64,000 bases of DNA from Candidatus Cloacimonadales bacterium (lineage in GTDB: Bacteria > Cloacimonadota > Cloacimonadia > Cloacimonadales > JAFGVF01). The position numbers were made by a program, and so were the translations under genes. The stretch spans positions 1,920,001-1,984,000 of the forward strand of contig CAXXJV010000001.1 of assembly GCA_963663475.2 (NCBI GenBank), read 5' to 3'. Shown piece after piece: positions 62,124 through 64,000 of the stretch (position 1 is its first letter; each line of letters starts with the position of its first letter). The notes under the pieces are model-generated. The model searched no databases and was not told the DNA's origin. It saw nothing but the letters and a program-made list of their open reading frames with translations.

Positions 62124-64000
62124 TCAGTCAATATTGTATTTAGCTTTAAGTTCTTTCCACGTTAGAGATTTGTTTATTGAAGATTGATTACGCATTCTTG
62201 TAGAATATTGACCTTCATAATCTCTTATAGCGATAACACTATAAAACATTTGATCTGCAAACCAGGTAACGCCAGAATGACTATAAGTCAATTGATCTGT
62301 AATAGCTAAATGGAGGAATTCATCTGGACTTGCAGAAGGATCATCACTATAATTAATAACATAAAAATCAGGTGTAACAGGAATACCATGTTCTGTTTCT
62401 ATAACAGGATCCCAGCTTATGGTTGCATTCCCATTGCTCATTAAAAAATTAACATTTTGAGGATTAGGAATTTGGTCATACTCACCAGATCCCTGTAAAA
62501 ATACTTCTAACAAAGGTTGGTTAGAAGAGTTGTTATCTATAAGAAGACTACTTGCGTAGTTTATATTGCTCTCTGGAGAAAAAGTTACTAGTATGGTAGC
62601 TTGTTCATTGGGTTGGAGTGGGTTATCAATATTATAGCTAAAGTCGAAAACATCAGGGAATTCTGGAGAAATGTAAATATCATTAATAACCAAATCAATA
62701 GTTCCAATATTTTTTATTATTATACTTTGAGTTGAACTCAAGCCATAAAAAATCGATCCATAATCTTGAATTGTAGGAGACAATAATGAGATTTCAACAA
62801 TTTCAACAAACCAAGGGTCGAAAAGAACTTCTCCAGAAGAAGAGCTTTCGTTATCATCAAAAATGTGCTGATCTATGGCGTTAACGTTTTCGTATCCCCA
62901 AGTATTATAATAAGCATTGATATTATTTGAGGATGTATTATAAAATTGATATTCATTAGAGTCATTATTTATAATAGTATTGAGCCCAGGACTTGAAGAG
63001 CTAGATCCGAAATCTGGATTACCTCCATAAACAAAAACTCCATAAGAAAGGTTATTCTCGATTATACTATTATATACAGAGATGTCACTATTTGTATAAA
63101 TACCATAACTTGAGCTTAGTTCACTTACACTATTGTGGAAGTGTCCTCCTTGAGTATTGCGATGATAAAGGTTCCCATTACCGCTTCTACCACCATATCG
63201 AAGGATACAAAAATCAAATTCCCCTATAGAAGGACTATCATTATAGCTATAGCATTCTATTCCTTTCCAATCTCCTGCTTGAGGACTACCTGTAGAAATT
63301 CCATATACTTGACCTATGCTATCATCATTAACTGATGTAAAATAAACAGGACTAGCTTCTGTACCATTAACGTCAATTCTTCCCTGTACAGATATTTTTC
63401 CAGAGGCAGTTGCTTTTATGACATTGTTTTGAGGAATGATTAAAGTAGATGTAGCATCAACTGTTAATGTTCCGGTAAGAACTAGTGGAAAACCTATTTC
63501 ATTTAATCCAAGTGTAATATTTTCTTCAACATAACCATTAATACCAAAAGCATTTACCAGATTTCCTGATCCTGAATTACCTGAGTAATTGCTTACTTCA
63601 GTATTAAAAAGATAAGCTGCATATCCATTATTATCAGTAATGTTACAGTTATCTATATCAATAGAACCATTTCCATAAATGCCAGAATCTTCATTGTTAG
63701 TAAAGCTACTATTAAAAACAGTAAGATTGCTACTATAGCTTTCTAAACCATAGCTTGAACTAAACTCACTAGAACTATTATTAAAGTAACCAGAATCAGC
63801 ATCGTTATAATAAAGATTTCCATTACCAAAACGACCACCATATCTAAGTGAGCAAAAATCAAATTCCCCTATAGAAGGACTATCATTATAGCTATAGCAT
63901 TCTATTCCTTTCCAATCTCCTGCTTGAGGATTACCTGAAGATATTCCATATACTTGACCTATGCTATCATCATTAACTGATGTAAAATAAACAGGACTAG
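62124..64000 (-). CDS. 3' part of a large extracellular protein with right-handed beta-helix repeats and an Ig-like (ASH-type) domain; start lies beyond the window
   Basis: Frame reads open upstream of 62783 (GTEASPVYFTS, PQAGDWKGI, LRYGG); internal DNA repeat with 645-bp period. Confidence 0.85.
   Translation of the reverse strand, partial: SPVYFTSVNDDSIGQVYGISSGNPQAGDWKGIECYSYNDSPSIGEFDFCSLRYGGRFGNGNLYYNDADSGYFNNSSSEFSSSYGLESYSSNLTVFNSSFTNNEDSGIYGNGSIDIDNCNITDNNGYAAYLFNTEVSNYSGNSGSGNLVNAFGINGYVEENITLGLNEIGFPLVLTGTLTVDATSTLIIPQNNVIKATASGKISVQGRIDVNGTEASPVYFTSVNDDSIGQVYGISTGSPQAGDWKGIECYSYNDSPSIGEFDFCILRYGGRSGNGNLYHRNTQGGHFHNSVSELSSSYGIYTNSDISVYNSIIENNLSYGVFVYGGNPDFGSSSSSPGLNTIINNDSNEYQFYNTSSNNINAYYNTWGYENVNAIDQHIFDDNESSSSGEVLFDPWFVEIVEISLLSPTIQDYGSIFYGLSSTQSIIIKNIGTIDLVINDIYISPEFPDVFDFSYNIDNPLQPNEQATILVTFSPESNINYASSLLIDNNSSNQPLLEVFLQGSGEYDQIPNPQNVNFLMSNGNATISWDPVIETEHGIPVTPDFYVINYSDDPSASPDEFLHLAITDQLTYSHSGVTWFADQMFYSVIAIRDYEGQYSTRMRNQSSINKSLTWKELKAKYNID

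Overview
AT-rich bacterial accessory region. The many secreted proteins ending in the NYPNPFNPETTI...SGIYxYK...KMxLMK FlgD-Ig/T9SS-type sorting domain suggest Candidatus Cloacimonadota or another FCB-group organism (inference). In order, the window holds: (1) an IS remnant and a secreted-protein gene; (2) a truncated Mu-like transposable prophage (repressor, ner, MuA, MuB, terminase, gpF, GmrSD cargo) whose ~310-bp end recurs three times complete and once partial, with the opposite end at 48665; (3) FG-GAP/T9SS-domain genes and a portal remnant; (4) an ABC transporter-lmtA-two-component cluster; (5) a tandem duplication (29939-38636 / 40542-48367) with a group II intron exactly at its junction, each unit carrying a silent partial and a full 941-aa surface-protein gene plus a REP-flanked RAYT. 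Unit 1 also has a 3.4-kb cassette (two glycine-zipper lipoproteins and a small membrane protein) inserted at the REP inside the RAYT gene; unit 2 has an IS21; (6) an IS4/IS701-like element, a decayed type ISP R-M gene, a small tyrosine recombinase and a TerB-dynamin GTPase pair; (7) a third RAYT and a beta-helix repeat gene running off the window. No rRNA, complete tRNA or CRISPR array was seen. All family calls are by motif recognition by eye; no searches were run.
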